Part shown: positions 34,501 to 47,661 of the stretch, piece after piece
Layout of the letters: every line of letters starts with the position of its first letter
Numbering within the stretch: position 1 is the stretch's first letter
Origin: Perkinsela sp. CCAP 1560/9
Taxonomy: Eukaryota; Protista; Euglenozoa: Kinetoplastea
Direction of reading: 5' to 3'
Assembly (NCBI GenBank): GCA_965644495.1
Contig: CBFFSA010000001.1
Coordinates: forward strand, 1,302,001 to 1,366,000
Length of the DNA stretch: 64,000 nucleotides
Made by a program: the position numbers and the translations under genes
Notes under the pieces: model-generated
Database searches by the model: none
What the model was told of the DNA's origin: nothing
The model's input: the letters and a program-made list of their open reading frames with translations, nothing else

Positions 34501-35451
34501 GCAGTACACAGCGTGTAACGTCGAATATTTACACCTAGGATCTAAAGATTTTACACAAGAAAAATCGAGCTTTGCAACAGAGTCCATTGAACGAGCTTTC
34601 GCAAATCTTCTGTAGAAACTTTCCGCACACGCCTTCACTTTATCGTCTGTCCGTGCGAATACAGCACGATTCTGGCGTCTGGGAATTTTTCTTGCCATTG
34701 CGAATTTTATCTTACAGTCTGCGGTTAAGTTAATGTTTACGTGGTTAAGTTATAGTTTACGTGGAAACCATTTGGGCAAATGTACCGGGTGAAGACAATG
34801 TTGTGTGCCTGAACCATGTTTCCAGGTGAAGAGGTATTTACGATAGCATTTATTTCTGGATAATTGCGGTGGTTGTATACAGTAAAAGTCCCAATTTTGA
34901 GAATGGTCAGTTGCACACTGCCGCGTAAAAAAGCACTTCTTTGCGAATTTTCTTCACTATTTTCAGAATTGACCTGGTGCACGTTGGCAGCTCTTTTTTT
35001 CGTAAAAATTGAATGGATTCTCATTTTTCCTTATTTTTTCATCAAAAAAACAGGCTAAAGTGAGCGAGGGAGATGAAAAGAATAAACCCCCCTCCCACTT
35101 AATATTTACACACTTTTATTATTTACATGGCTTTTAATCTCTCAAATTTTTGAAAAATGGCACTGAAGCAAATTACAAAAACGCGATGAAAGCAGTTCCT
35201 ACGACTCAAGAGGCGCTCCCGAACACTCATCGGAAAATCTATCCGATGAAGGCGTCCAACCTTCAGATGAGCAGCCCAACCGGACATTCGCAATGAGTCA
35301 CAGCAGAGACATGAGAAACCTAAGATCAGGAACGAATGGACACTATAAAGATCTGGATGGCACTGGATGGCAGCGGATGACTAATTTTTATGTATGTATG
35401 GGCTACCAAAAGTAAAGAATTGAAGAAAAGTAAGGATATAAAGCGGGGGTA

Positions 35452-35762
35452 CACCCACTATTGGCAATCGCCCACTCTTGGAAATCACCCACTATTGGCA
35501 AATTCACCCACTATTGTCAATCACCCACTATTGGCAAATAATTAAAGGGAGGTACACCCACTATTGGTAATCACCCACTATTGGAAATCACCCACTATTG
35601 GAAATCACCCACTATTGGCAAACTCACCCACTATTGGTAATCACCCACTATTGGCAAATAATTAAAGGGGAGGTACACCCACTATTGGTAATCACCCACT
35701 ATTGGAAATCACCCACTATTGTCAAATTCACCCACTATTGGCAATCACCCACTATTGGCAAA
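35452..35762. repeat. Minisatellite CACCCACTATTGG(C/A/T)AAT
   Basis: About 15 copies of an 18-20-nt unit with a higher-order ~68-nt period. Confidence 0.9.
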
Positions 35763-36086
35763 TAATTAATTACCTCAAATTTTGGTAAGGAAGAATTTCT
35801 AAATGTACAGTGCGTAACATTATTACGGGACACCTTAATTAAGGGATACTCCCTTTTTGGTCAAAAGTGTCCCGTAATTGGACCTTCTACAAGTTCGCCT
35901 TTTTAGAAGTTTCTATGGGTAACACTGGGTAGCACAGGTTGCACTGGGTAAATTATTTTCAAAAAAAATCTTTCTTTAATTAATATTTTTGAAATTGGTA
36001 CTCTTTGAGATTACGTTTCTGAATACAAAAGAAGAGAAAATAATTTACCAAGCAAACTCTGTATCATGATTTCCTCCTCTGTAGCT

Positions 36087-36990
36087 ATGTCTGGGCAAGA
36101 TTCTCTTCCGCAGCTGTATTGTGCGGAATGCGAAAAGAAAACGTTTTTTTTCCGTGTTGGCGCCTAGGCGCTGTCTCGTGTGTCAAGCACCAGAAGACAC
36201 AGCATCTACCATTGTGGATGTAGAGACATGCCTGCGCTGTAACTACAAAAACGTGCCCGCCACCGCCAACATACAGGTTTCCATCTGGGGGGGATCTAAA
36301 TTTTGTAAAAATTGTCCAATTTTGGAAAATAATAGCGCATTGGAGAGATCTCGCAGAGTTGTATGTCTTTGGCGTATTCGGAACGCTCGGCTTGAAAGAT
36401 TTAACCAGATGAGAAAAAAACATGTTTTTTTTCTTGTGAAAATATGGCAATTTTTCATTTTTGTCCCATTTTACGCCCCAAAAGCGACTTCGCTCAAGGA
36501 ATTCTCATGGTGTTTCGAACGCCCGTTCTTATGCTTTGCCAGGGAAGATTAAAGAACAACCATTTTAGACCCCCCCCAGATGGAAGTTTACACCTGTATG
36601 TCCCGTATGTACCGCTCCTAAAAATATTGAGGAGATATCTCGTGCATTCAAGGAAAAGCTGAGTGCCGTGGGCATCAATGTGGAAAGCGCACAACGGGTT
36701 TGCTGCACATACAGTAAATACAGGTTGTGCATGAAACAGCTGACTTCCGATGATGTCGCCTAAATTCTTTGGCAAGGAACTACGTGCAAAAAAATGGGGC
36801 CGCAAGATGCCTATATTCGTGCATCACGTTTCCTCGCGCTTTATCATTTCAAGACAGCTCTTCATCCAGACGATGAGCGTCCCATGTCTCTCCTCATTAA
36901 GAACATGTGGCGAGCTCTGGATGAACAAGGAAAGTCTGCCTTATCGGCCGAGCGTGCAGGTGAAGGTTCATCAGATAGACAAAAAAGTAG
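36087..36990 (+). pseudogene. Degenerate multi-CxxC zinc-ribbon plus HMG-box-like ORF
   Basis: YCAECEK / PRRCLVC / TCLRCNY similar to 63730-63981; KNMWRALDEQGK resembles an HMG helix; frameshifts and stops. Confidence 0.45.
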
Positions 36991-37797
36991 ACCCCCCTCA
37001 CAGTTATTATTCACATTTTTTATTATTCACAAGTACAGTTATTATTCACAAATACAGTTGTTATTCACATTTTTTATTATTCACATTGGAGGGCCTGGAC
37101 ACCCAAGGGTGTTGTGAACGCTGAATTTTATCAAAATAAATTTCTTCCTTCTTTGAAACATAAATTGGGACAGCTCCACCTTGAGCGCGGCATTGCAGTT
37201 TTGGATTCTTGCCGAGTTCACTTAACAGAAGGTTCGCTCAACGGTCTTTGCGAAACTGCCGCCAAAAATTATTGAATTTTTAATTGGTGTCGAAGCCGGA
37301 CAACTTTTAATTTTAAATTCAATTTTTGTGCCAATAATTTTTGTAGAAATGTGTACATGCGCAAATCTTGGGCTGTGGGAAATTAAGCGCCCGTCGTAGT
37401 GTTTTCACGTTCTTATTGACTACCGTGGGCTGGCGGGTTGCTCGTCTCATGGCCTTCGTCAGGTAGGAGTGAAATGGTGCGAGGGTGCATTCCAACAGAG
37501 AATTTATCATTGTACTCTTATTGGTAGATAAAAGCAATGCATGTATTAAAACAATGCAGCTAATGTTGCGTACAAAGGTGAATAAAAAAAAGGGCGCGCG
37601 TTAAAATATTTCATTTTAATATCTAGTGCGGGGAAAAAGTGTAGACCGATAGAACAAAACATGGAAAAAAACCCACAAAATATCAGCATAAAATCTGAGT
37701 AAATGTTATTGCGCACTTTCACAATTCAATACCATCAGAAAATTCAATACACTCAAAAATATTTTGGAGGTGCTCATCAAAAGGGGAGTCACAGCAA

Positions 37798-39471
37798 CTA
37801 AACTTTAGGACCGATTCCGTACGATGAGAGAGGAGTAAACGTCAGACTCTGAGCGGATTTATAGCGCTCCTTTTGTCTTCGCGTCATTCCACGAAGTCGC
37901 TGGCGTAGATTCGTGATATCTTCAGCCTCTCGTCTCTGGAGTTCCAGTTCTTCAGTTGAGAGTACCTTACGAGGTCGGCCGCGTTTTCGCTTTTCTCCAG
38001 GTGCGCTTCTTTCGATTGTGGCGTTTGCTGTCGAATTTTCGTTCTCTTCTATTATATTGACGTCCCCTTCTGCGTTCCCCATGGATGAGGTATTAATTTC
38101 GTCGGAACCTTCATCATCCAAGAAAATCGCACCACTACGTAGACATATGTAAATGAGTTTGCAAATGCTTGTAGGCATCGAGACGTGACGGTCGGTTTTT
38201 TTTGCTGCCAAATAACACCACTGGAATTTCGGTTATTTCCCAGGAGGCCATAATCTGAGCTTGGGGAAGTTCTTGCATAGCCTGCACAATGTACGACACT
38301 TTTTTCTCTCGGAAAAGTGTTCGCGATGTGCAAATAACGTTGGAGATGGCTGAATTGAGGTCGGAACGCGCAAAGATGCGGGATACATCATCGTTGTAGA
38401 GCTGAATAGCGCGTTGTTTTAGGCCAGAGATTACAAACTGATCTGCAGGTTGAAAGACATGCGTCATTTTCTTGGGAATACGAACTACGTCGCAAGAAGA
38501 ACCAATAAGAATCTCATCAGTACCACTATGCTGAGTGGCTTCATCAATAATCAAAAGGGCGGGGGCAACGGGCTTCTTCATAGCTTCACGTTCGGAGGCA
38601 AGTCTCTCCTTAAAGCGACTCAAAAAAGTTGCCCACGTCGAGGCGTCTTGAAAATGAGATCCTTTCGGGGCACATTGTAGAACACGTGGGTCGCTACCAA
38701 CATTGACGAATACGCGACTCGTTCCCTGGAATATAAACTGTAACATTTTGATTTCTCCAGCTGCAGATGAAAGAACGTTGCAAGTGAAACCCTGCTTTTC
38801 ACGACGAACTGAAATTGTGCGGGACTCGCCTGGATCAATGCGTTCCCAGGTCCAAGTGGCATTTGCTTGTCCTAATCCCAGACACACAAAGAATTCGTCT
38901 GTGTTAAACACAAGCCCTTTTTCGCAACGATTTTTATAGCTTTCAAGCTGTGAAAAGAATGTTTTAGATGCCTCAACAACTTCATTCGGCGTAACAGTTC
39001 GATCGCTAGTAGCGTGGCGGACACGAATGTTATTTTGCTTCATCCAGTCCTTTGCCCATGATAGCGAAAACTTCAGAGGACCCCTCTTTAGGGATGTGGA
39101 TTTCGGGGAAGATTGCTCTTTGATACCGCGGGCCACACTAGCTACAAGAGCCGCGTACACTGGGACAGCTTGCTCCCTCATTTTGTCGAAAGCTTGGACA
39201 AGTGAAGATTCCTCTCCCGTAAGTAGGCCACGCCGGCCGCGACTACTGAGCGCATGCCCTTATATTAAGAAACGCAAGCAGCCGAAATTACTCGTCCAAA
39301 TTGATCCAAAAATCTCTCCATAACTAGTGCATTTTTACATGCACCTCGAGTGTTGTCAAAAAGCCATTCGCGCTCGTCCGTCGCTAAACCTTTCGAGGAC
39401 GGCTGACTTTTCTTCGTCTGATGGATCGAATTCGCTACCAAAAAATGCTGAGCAATGTCCTGGTTGACCAT
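37798..39471 (-). pseudogene. pogo-like (DDE_1) transposase with AT-hook tail, frameshifted
   Basis: FSLSWAKDWMK, VFNTDE, LLIIDEATQH, IPKKMTHVFQPAD (D33D); KRGRPRK in the downstream frame. Confidence 0.85.
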
Positions 39472-39715
39472 CTCGAGCGGTTGACAAAAAATAAAAATAA
39501 ATAAAACGCAGGCAAAAAACGACCATTTTTAATTAAAAATTCAATAATTTTTGTACCATGAATATTAGCGACAATAAAATTTGACTGGGGTGTAGGTTGC
39601 ATGCCCTGCATTATTCCTTCCGGGTGTACTTCTTGTCTGCAATGGGTCGATACCGACTTTGCTGCAACATATAGCCCGGGGAACGGTATATTATTTAATA
39701 ACGCTATAATATTTT

Positions 39716-40589
39716 AGGCTCTTCGTTAAACGCGGTGGTTGTCTTCAACTTAGAAGTCACTCATGCTGCGCGCTTCGCGTTGAAAACTACCGACGCGTTT
39801 AACGAAGAGCCTAAAAAAGAAAATTTAGCCTGGAAAACGGAAAGATTATAGCCAAAAATAGTCGAATTTCGGGTACAAATCGGGTGATTTTCGCGTATTT
39901 TTGCTGTCAGAGCACTAAATCCGACATTTGCGCGTGGGAAATCACTAGTAGGCATGAATGGAAGCCTACCGAACGTATTGGGTAGAGAATGCGATTCCAA
40001 CCATACCATTCTTTCGACACCAAAATGCCCCTTTAGGTCCGAAAAATACTTTTTCACCTTTTTTAGTCAAAAATGGGTCATTTTGAGTGGCGCACCACGG
40101 TTCGAAGAAGGGATACCTTGCGAAAACAACTGCGGAGAAAGCTAGTGTAGGTCCCAAACCATCAAAAAACAATAGGGGAAACGATTTTGGAAAAATATTT
40201 TTTTTGCCATTTTTTTCGCCAAGTTGAAATTTTTTTCACAAACATTTTTCCGAAAAAATTCGAACTCGGCGGACCCGTCCTTCGGATACGCAGTGGGGTC
40301 ACCCGGGTAGGGGGGTGGAAAATGCACGCCAAGACCCCGGCTACCCTTTCTGCGGTTTTTTTTTCGAAAACATTTGCTCGACCATGACCCCCTGGGCCCG
40401 CCCCCTGGACCCCCCCCCCCTGGACCCCCCATTTTTTTCAATTTTTCTTTCAATTTTGGACCACCGGAGACCCCTTTTATATTTTTTTCTTCTATTATAT
40501 TGCTGTGTTCCTCTTTATATTTTCACTGTTTTTGTTCACTTTTTTTTCAACAATCGAGTGTAGAGCGGTAGTTTTACAACCACCGCAAT
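39716..40589 (-). mobile_element. Family A element, full length
   Basis: Palindrome on the left, CAACCACCGCAAT on the right. Confidence 0.8.
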
Positions 40590-40999
40590 TAACACTATAT
40601 TATTCAAATAACGCTATAATATTCAAATCGCTAATTTTTGGCATGATGAACCGGATTTTAGACAAACCTTTGCTTTGTCATCCACCAAAATCATATTTTT
40701 CGCTAATCAGGGCGCTACTTTATTCAAATTAACACTATAATATTGAAATTGAGGGAGATACGGAGTATCTAACTCGCTTACTAATGTTAATTCCAAAAAC
40801 TGAAAAAGATCGCCAAAGAAGCATAAGATCGAGTTTTTTCAAAATTCCAAAACGTAGCAGTAGGTCATTAGATGAACTCTTAAATACTCTAAAAATCATC
40901 TAAAACAACCTTATTTCTCAAATTTTAGAACGTTTTTCGTAAAACAAAGTGCGTGTGCAAACGTCTGCGATACGACAAACTGGTTGACTAAGGAGCGTG

Positions 41000-41073
41000 C
41001 TTTGAGTAGTCCAGTTGGTAAAGGGGTTCCATTTTGACGCTGAAAGTCCGCGGTTCGATTCCCGACATCGACA
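41000..41073 (+). pseudogene. Degenerate tRNA-like sequence (tRNA pseudogene or SINE head)
   Basis: A box TAGTCCAGTTGG, B box GGTTCGATTCC, TTTT after; stems poorly paired; 3' end ATCGACA as in the SINE head at 55193-55266. Confidence 0.55.
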
Positions 41074-41458
41074 TTTTACTAAAAAAATCGAAAAAAAAAT
41101 TATTTGCTCAAGATCGCCAAAAAAACAAATTCGGAACAATTTTTTTTTCAGATTTTTTTTTCTCGAAAAATTGGCCAGCTGGCCACCAAAAACACGGTTT
41201 GCATTTTGTACATACTGTCCCCCCCACTTAGACGCAACCAGGTTTTGGCCTAAAATTGCGTTTATGTAGCCGGGTCAAAAGAAAGGGTGAAAAAAAAATT
41301 TCGCGCCGCTTCGCGGCGCGTGTTTCTATCATGAGTTATATACGCGGAGTACCCTTCGGGGCTGCTTTTTATATACTATCCCCCCTAGCAATCCGCTTTC
41401 TGCTTTGTGCCTTGTTCCCCCTTCCTCCTCTACGGTCCTCTAAAGTCGATATCAAAAG

Positions 41459-41757
41459 TCACCCCCGGGTAGGGGGGTGGAAAATGCGCGCCAAGACCCC
41501 GGCTACCCTTTCTGCGGTTTTTTTTCGAAAACTAATTTTTTCAAAAAAATTTGCTCGACCATGACCCCCCCCTGGACCCCCCCACCATGGACCCCCCATT
41601 TTTTTCAATTTTTTTTTTCAGTTTTGGACCACCGGAGCCCCCTTTTATATTTTTTTCTTCTATTATATTACTGTGTTCCTCTTTATATTTTCACTGTTTT
41701 TGTTCACTTTTTTTTCAACAATCGAGGGTAGAGCAGTAGTTTTACAACCACCTCAAT
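41459..41757 (-). repeat. Family A 5'-terminal fragment
   Basis: Matches the terminal 300 bp of full copies. Confidence 0.8.
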
Positions 41758-42885
41758 AAGTGTCAGTTCCACATATTATTCACAATTACACTTATTATTC
41801 ACAAAGCATCTGCTTTTGAATGTGAATAATAACTGTGGGGGGGGGGGGGGGGTTAAAGATTAAGATTACATGTCTCGGTCGCGTCAAAGGTTTGGATTTG
41901 GAAAGTATGTCTCCACAAGAGACCCTAGACGTTCTCTTACAAAATCGTGCAGCTTTTATACCGGAATGTCATGTGATGAAGATGAAACGAGGTAGCGGAT
42001 CCCAAACAGAGGTTGAAGTTTTGGAAGTGGATGATATTCCTGAAGAACGTACAAGCAAGCGTGCAAAGATTGTTGCTAATACCAAGGTAAGTGGTACGCT
42101 AGAATTAAGCCTACGTAAATAGGGTGGAGAATGCCAAGTGTAAGTAAGAAAGTAGGTAAGTACGTTCCTATTCTTGTAAGTGTGTAACATAAAAGATCTT
42201 TTGGGGGCGTGAGATCGATATATTAAGGTAGTATAAACTCCGAATTACTATTTTAAATTTTTTTGCCCAATATTTGCCATATTTCCTTTTTATAACTTTA
42301 ATTTGGTGCTTTACATGCCATCAAAGGAAAGCGAGCTCATGTGGTTGTTTTCAACTTAGAAGTCACTCATGCTGCGCGCTTCGCGTTGTAAACTACCACC
42401 GCGTTTAACGAAGAGCCTGAAAAAGAAAAATCGGCTTAAGATAGATGGGGATTAGATGAATAATCTATTTTTTTGGGTGAAAAAGCTGGATTATTCGGCG
42501 AAAATTGCGAAATTTCAAACCGAATTTGGGCCGTTTTTGATGTATTACCAGTAGGAGCAGGAGTCGAATCTGTCGACAAAAACGTCGTAAAATGGTAGCT
42601 GAGGTCCCAAACTCTTAAAATACGTTTTAGGACACGATTTTGTAAAATTAATATTTCTACTCTTTTTTGGGTCAAAAAAATGTTTTTTTTGGTCACCCCA
42701 AACATTTCGGAAATTTTCACCTTGTCGGACCCCAGCGCTCGATTTCGAAAATCGAGAGTTTGCAAATTTCAAAAAACGACGTATGCCCCCCCCCTGGACC
42801 CCCCCATGGACCCTCTATTTTTTGCAATTCTGGACCACCCGATCCCATATCTAATATTTTATATTTTTTTCTTCTATTATATTAC

Positions 42886-44670
42886 CATAGCTTAGACTAG
42901 TAAACTAGTAATTACTATAGTAGTTACTAAAGTTACTACTTAAAAAGTAGTAATTACTACTTTTTTCCCACACGTAAATTTTGCATACAATGTATATTTT
43001 AAATATACATTGTATTAAATAATTTAGTGCGAAGAAAATAGAATGTACGTGACATCCTCATTATTTGACGTTCTAAACTTATTTTAAGCTCCAGCACTTT
43101 TTCACAAAATGAAAAGTCCGATCGAGTACCCTTCTCCCCCGAACACTCGAAGACGCAGGAACGCCACTGCGCAAGCTCATCGAGAAAACGCGGCTGCCGT
43201 AATGGAGCGACTAGAAACAACTCCAACACAAATAGCGGTTAACGCGGAAAATGCGTTGATCCAGGATTCTCCTCGCCCTCGTAGAGGAAGAAGCAATATT
43301 GGAAATGACCCCCTATCGTTCGATTCTCTCAGAAATCAAAACATCTTGGTTTATGAGAGATGTGACTTCACATGCGCTGAAAAAGGATGTGAAGCTTGGG
43401 CCGTAAAAAATGCCGAAAACCCCGTCAACACCATTAAATGCGACAGCATGGGTCACGCTAGACACGTGAAATGTACGCAATGCTCTTTTATAACACACAG
43501 TAGGATTGAAGCATTGTGCTATAAGCACTTAAAGACTTGCACAGGCGCAATCAGCGACAACGACGCACAAGTAGATGCGAAATCACAGAAAGCCCAAGTC
43601 CAGCAGTTTGTACAAATTGATTGGCCACGTCTTGCCGCGAAACATAGTCTGTCGACGGATGCTTTCCTTAAGTTCGTTGCAGAATATGAAGCTCTCCGCC
43701 CCTCGAAAATAGTTTCAAAGGATGTCATCGACGCAACACCTAGTGCGAAGGTGTTTCACCGCTACGAACGCCGCGTCGCCGACAAGGTGTGGGCCTTGGT
43801 CAATGAACAGCTTGATCGAGCAACGTTTTTTGGCATGGCAGTGGATGGTGGGGTTGATACCGTATTACATGAGCATGTCCTGATTGCGATTTTGTACGTT
43901 GGTCGTAAGCATTTCGTACTGCCCCCGATTTACCACCCCAAGCACAAAGGCTACTTTGTGGCTGTGACTCTATACTCTCCATATTAGGTCACAAGTACTC
44001 AGCTCGCCAAGCTTCTATTGGTACTGACGTTGTGTCAACGCAGATGTTTCTTCGAGGTAATTTACGGGTTTTGTAGAACTCTTATTTGCATTACTCTATT
44101 GTGCGCAAACTGTACGAAGGATTTCGAACTTGGGCGAACCCTCGATTTTGAATTATCATCATTTTTTCTTTTTGCATCATTGTGCGAGATATGCAGGACG
44201 GACTTTGAACTTGGGCGAGCATGTCATTTTCGGAGCTGGTAAAAATTAAATTATGTGCTCGATTGTGCTTACGAGTTTTGCTTCTGTTTTCATGTGGATT
44301 TTTTCCGTGGGCTCTATTCAATCGCTTTGTTTTCCCCCATGTGAACAGAATGACTAAGTTTAAAAATTGATATCAGTTTATTTATCGGAGCTTACGTTTT
44401 GGAGTATGTTTTGTAGTACACATCAATATTGAAATATTAATGTTGAGAATAGTATTGAGATATTCAGATGAATGGAGGATGGTGATATTCAGTCTCCACA
44501 ACAATAAAAATACCGTTTCTGTAAAGTAGAGCTCTTCCAAAGCTTAACATGTTACCTAAATCTGACCAAAAGTACGTGACCAAAAAAGTAGTAACTTTAG
44601 TAATTACTAGTAGTAATTACTAGCCTGTTTACTACTTTTAGTAATTACTAGTTTACTAGTCCAAGCTATG
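42886..44670 (+). mobile_element. hAT-like element with 6-bp TSD and truncated transposase (43109-43987)
   Basis: TIR CATAGCTT(A/G)GACTAGTAAACTAGTAATTACTA; TSD TATTAC checked against the uninterrupted family A sequence; CxxC..H..C finger and FFGMAVDGGVD first-D motif. Confidence 0.8.
44497..44523 (+). other. Spliced-leader-exon-like motif
   Basis: CACAACAATAAAAATACCGTTTCTGTA. Confidence 0.55.
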
Positions 44671-45340
44671 TATTACTGTGTTCCCCTTTATATTTTCACT
44701 GTTTTTGTTCACTTTTTTTGGCAATAATCGAGGGTAGAGCGGTAGCTATACAACCACCGCAATTTTGTTTAGGCTCTTCGTTAAACACGGTGGTTGTTTT
44801 CAACTTAGAAGAAACGGAATGATCGTAGCCAAAAATAGCCGATTTTTAGGTAAAAATGGGGTCATTTTTGCGTATTTTTGCTCTCAGAGCACTAAATCAG
44901 ACCTTTGCGTGTGGGAAATCACCCGTAGACATGAATGAAAGCCCACCGAACATATTGGGTAGAGAATGCAACTCCAACCACACCATTCTTTGGATACAAA
45001 AAAGCCCCTTGGGGTCCGAAAAATACTTTTTCACTTTTTCTATTCAAAAATGGGTTATTTTGGGAGGCCTACCACGGCTGCAAGAAGGGATATCTTGCGA
45101 AAACAACGGTGCGGAAACCAAGCTATCAAAATACAATAGGGCAAAGGATTTTGAAAAAATATTTTTTTTGCCATTTTTTTCGCCAAGTTGAATTTTTTTT
45201 CAAAAACAAAATCCGAAAGAATCCGAACTTGGTGGACCCGTCCTGCGGATACGCAGGGGGGTCACCCCCGGGTAGGGGGGTGGAAAATACGCGCCAAGAG
45301 CCCGGCTACCCCTTCTGCGACTTTATTTCGAAAAATATTT

Positions 45341-46906
45341 TGGTAATATGCAGTCAAACTGTACCCTAAATTTCATTTTTTTTTACTTTTTTTTGTCAAA
45401 AAAATATGTGTGATTAATTATTTACTTGATAGTTTTGAGTCATTTTCACCCACTTTTAAGCTTTGTTTACGTCTGAAACCATTGAATGGACTGCTCAGGG
45501 TGTAGACCTTTTGCGTGCTTGACGCTACTTACGTCAATTTTGCAAATAACGTCAGAGAATGTTGTTTCCTGGCTAGTAAATCACTCTTTCGGGGCTTATA
45601 CACAGTGTCTTCGCTGCAAAGAGAAACCGAGAAGCGATCAATGCTTCAAAAAACTCGAAGACGGTTCGAAGTGCCGCCTAAAAATTCCGAAATTTGGCCC
45701 CTTTTTTCCTTTAAACTGTCGAATTGTTGATAAATTTCGATGTTGGCTGCTTCTAGCGCAAGGTAACCTGCCCTTGAACGCAGCTTTGCAAGCGCTCAGG
45801 TCTCTTCGTTCAGTTCTTACAGACCTAAGTGAAATTGAACGCATATTCAGCATTCCCCGTTCCCCGCACATGCTCATGAAGTACGTTATGGTGGATGAGA
45901 CATACATTGGGAAACGCCTGCACCATCGCGGGAGACAAGTCCGCAAACAAAAGTTCTGGTTTATGACGGCTACAGAGGTTGATCCAAACACCGGGAAATC
46001 ATTGCAAACATACTGGGAGGCAACGGTTCGCCGAACGAGAGAGGTTTGCCACAGATTTGTCCGATCAGTCATAGAAAATAGAAATGCCATGGTAATTACT
46101 GATGAATGGGCTGCATATCGTGGAATCGATGCCTTTTGCCGACATTACACTATTTGCCACGCTGATGCATTCTCGCGAGAGCACTCCCCGCACGTCAACA
46201 TTCATATCAACAACGCAGAGTCTGCCCATGCCAGTGTAAAGGGTTACTGCAAGCGTTTTTTTCACAAATGGGGCAGAAGTTTGGAAAGCTCTCAGGCACG
46301 AGCGCATTTTATTTGCACAGTCTTCTTCAAGGCGGAAGCTAAAAAGCGTTTTCAGAACCTTATGACTGTTATGGCGAGATACTCCTCTGACAATAGCGCG
46401 GTATACGGAGATCAGTCAAATGAAGAAGATGCGGAAGTTTCCAGTGACTCTAGTGAGGACTTTCAGGAAGATTATGAAAGCCCAACCACGCGACTAGGTC
46501 GAGCGCTCACTGAACATATAAGACTCAAACGCAGATATGGAAGGGATGAAATGGGATTCCACAAGTATATGATAAAAAGTGCCACTGACCGCCACTACAC
46601 TATTTATGTTGGTCCTGGTGGTGCTCGATGCACTTGCCGTGACGGACGTCTGGGCAATCGATGTAAGCATATATATTTCATTTTGATGCGGGAACTTGGG
46701 GTGGATGAAAACCATTCAGTTCTATTAAAATCGGAATTTTCATCAGAAGACCTATCGAATTTGTTGTAGACGAGGCAGGAATTATCGGTAAATTGTCTTA
46801 TTCATATGCAAATTTGCGTAAAAACAAAAAAGGAACACATATGTGATGGAAATATACAGTTTTTAGAAAAAACAAATTTAGGGTACATTTTGACTGCAGT
46901 TGACCC
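45341..46906 (+). mobile_element. Intact Merlin/IS1595 transposon
   Basis: ~32-bp TIR (TGCAGTCAAA.TGTACCCTAAATTT), 8-9-bp TSD AAATATTT(T), inserted in a family A copy. Confidence 0.9.
45486..46769 (+). CDS. Merlin transposase with C-terminal SWIM zinc finger
   Basis: VMVDETYIG, VITDEWAAY, HYTICH, HINNAES; CTCRDGRLGNRCKH. Confidence 0.9.
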   Translation: MDCSGCRPFACLTLLTSILQITSENVVSWLVNHSFGAYTQCLRCKEKPRSDQCFKKLEDGSKCRLKIPKFGPFFPLNCRIVDKFRCWLLLAQGNLPLNAALQALRSLRSVLTDLSEIERIFSIPRSPHMLMKYVMVDETYIGKRLHHRGRQVRKQKFWFMTATEVDPNTGKSLQTYWEATVRRTREVCHRFVRSVIENRNAMVITDEWAAYRGIDAFCRHYTICHADAFSREHSPHVNIHINNAESAHASVKGYCKRFFHKWGRSLESSQARAHFICTVFFKAEAKKRFQNLMTVMARYSSDNSAVYGDQSNEEDAEVSSDSSEDFQEDYESPTTRLGRALTEHIRLKRRYGRDEMGFHKYMIKSATDRHYTIYVGPGGARCTCRDGRLGNRCKHIYFILMRELGVDENHSVLLKSEFSSEDLSNLL

Positions 46907-47588
46907 AAATATTTTTTTCATAAAAAATTGCTCGACCATGACATGAAATGTCAATTGCTCGACCATGAAATTTATCGAACGCTATTTCTTAATTTTTTTG
47001 TAAACCAAAGAATTTTTTCTGTTATTCTACTTAAGATGGATTATTTTGTGAACGTGGATGGACGCGCTTCGAAGAAATTTCTTACAGAAAAGCGCAAATG
47101 GTTGATTTCTATGCTGGAGGCATAGAAGGCATGTAATATCACTTACTTTCTTAAAGAAATGTTTCTTTTATGCGTTTTTAGATGTACCGTCACCCCCCCT
47201 CCCTTGACTTAGCCTGCCAAAAAGTCGAAAAAATAGGAAAAAGCGGATAAGTCGCCCAGCCGACTGCGGGCCTAATTTGTCCGAAGGAGCGTCTTCGTTG
47301 CTCGGTCGCAATCCTATGTCGTAATGCATATTGCACTGCCGGATCCTAGGAGTTCTTCTAGAACTCGCGTTTTCACCAAGTCTTTTCTTCCACGTAAATT
47401 CAACCAGGACAGGTGGGATCGGTCGGGATCGTAAATCTCTAGTTTCAACCCGCTCAGCTTCAGATATTAGATTGATTCGTGAAAAAATGCACATGTAGGG
47501 GAAAAGACAATCTTTTTGGGGGGGATTTTCTTTCTGAGATGAAGATACTGATTTTTGTAAAACGCGATTCACTGAAAAAAAACAGCAT

Positions 47589-47661
47589 GGGGAAGCATGG
47601 TCGGGACCTACTCGCGGTCTTCCCTGGCACTACCATCTTACAGATCGTACTAAAGCCGACC
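47589..47661 (+). ncRNA. HDV-like ribozyme (copy 3, diverged)
   Basis: Same P1/P2/P3; GG P1.1 partner intact, L3 UACUCGC, J4/2 CUAA; followed by T7. Confidence 0.8.

Noticed and set aside
35452-35762. Repeat array as CRISPR
   Set aside because: No unique spacers; it is a minisatellite
41000-41073. Functional tRNA-Gln(TTG)
   Set aside because: Acceptor, anticodon and T stems do not pair well; kept only as a pseudogene or SINE head
47168-47572. Fanzor/TnpB remnant upstream of the ribozyme
   Set aside because: No RuvC or zinc-finger motifs recognisable in the frames I read
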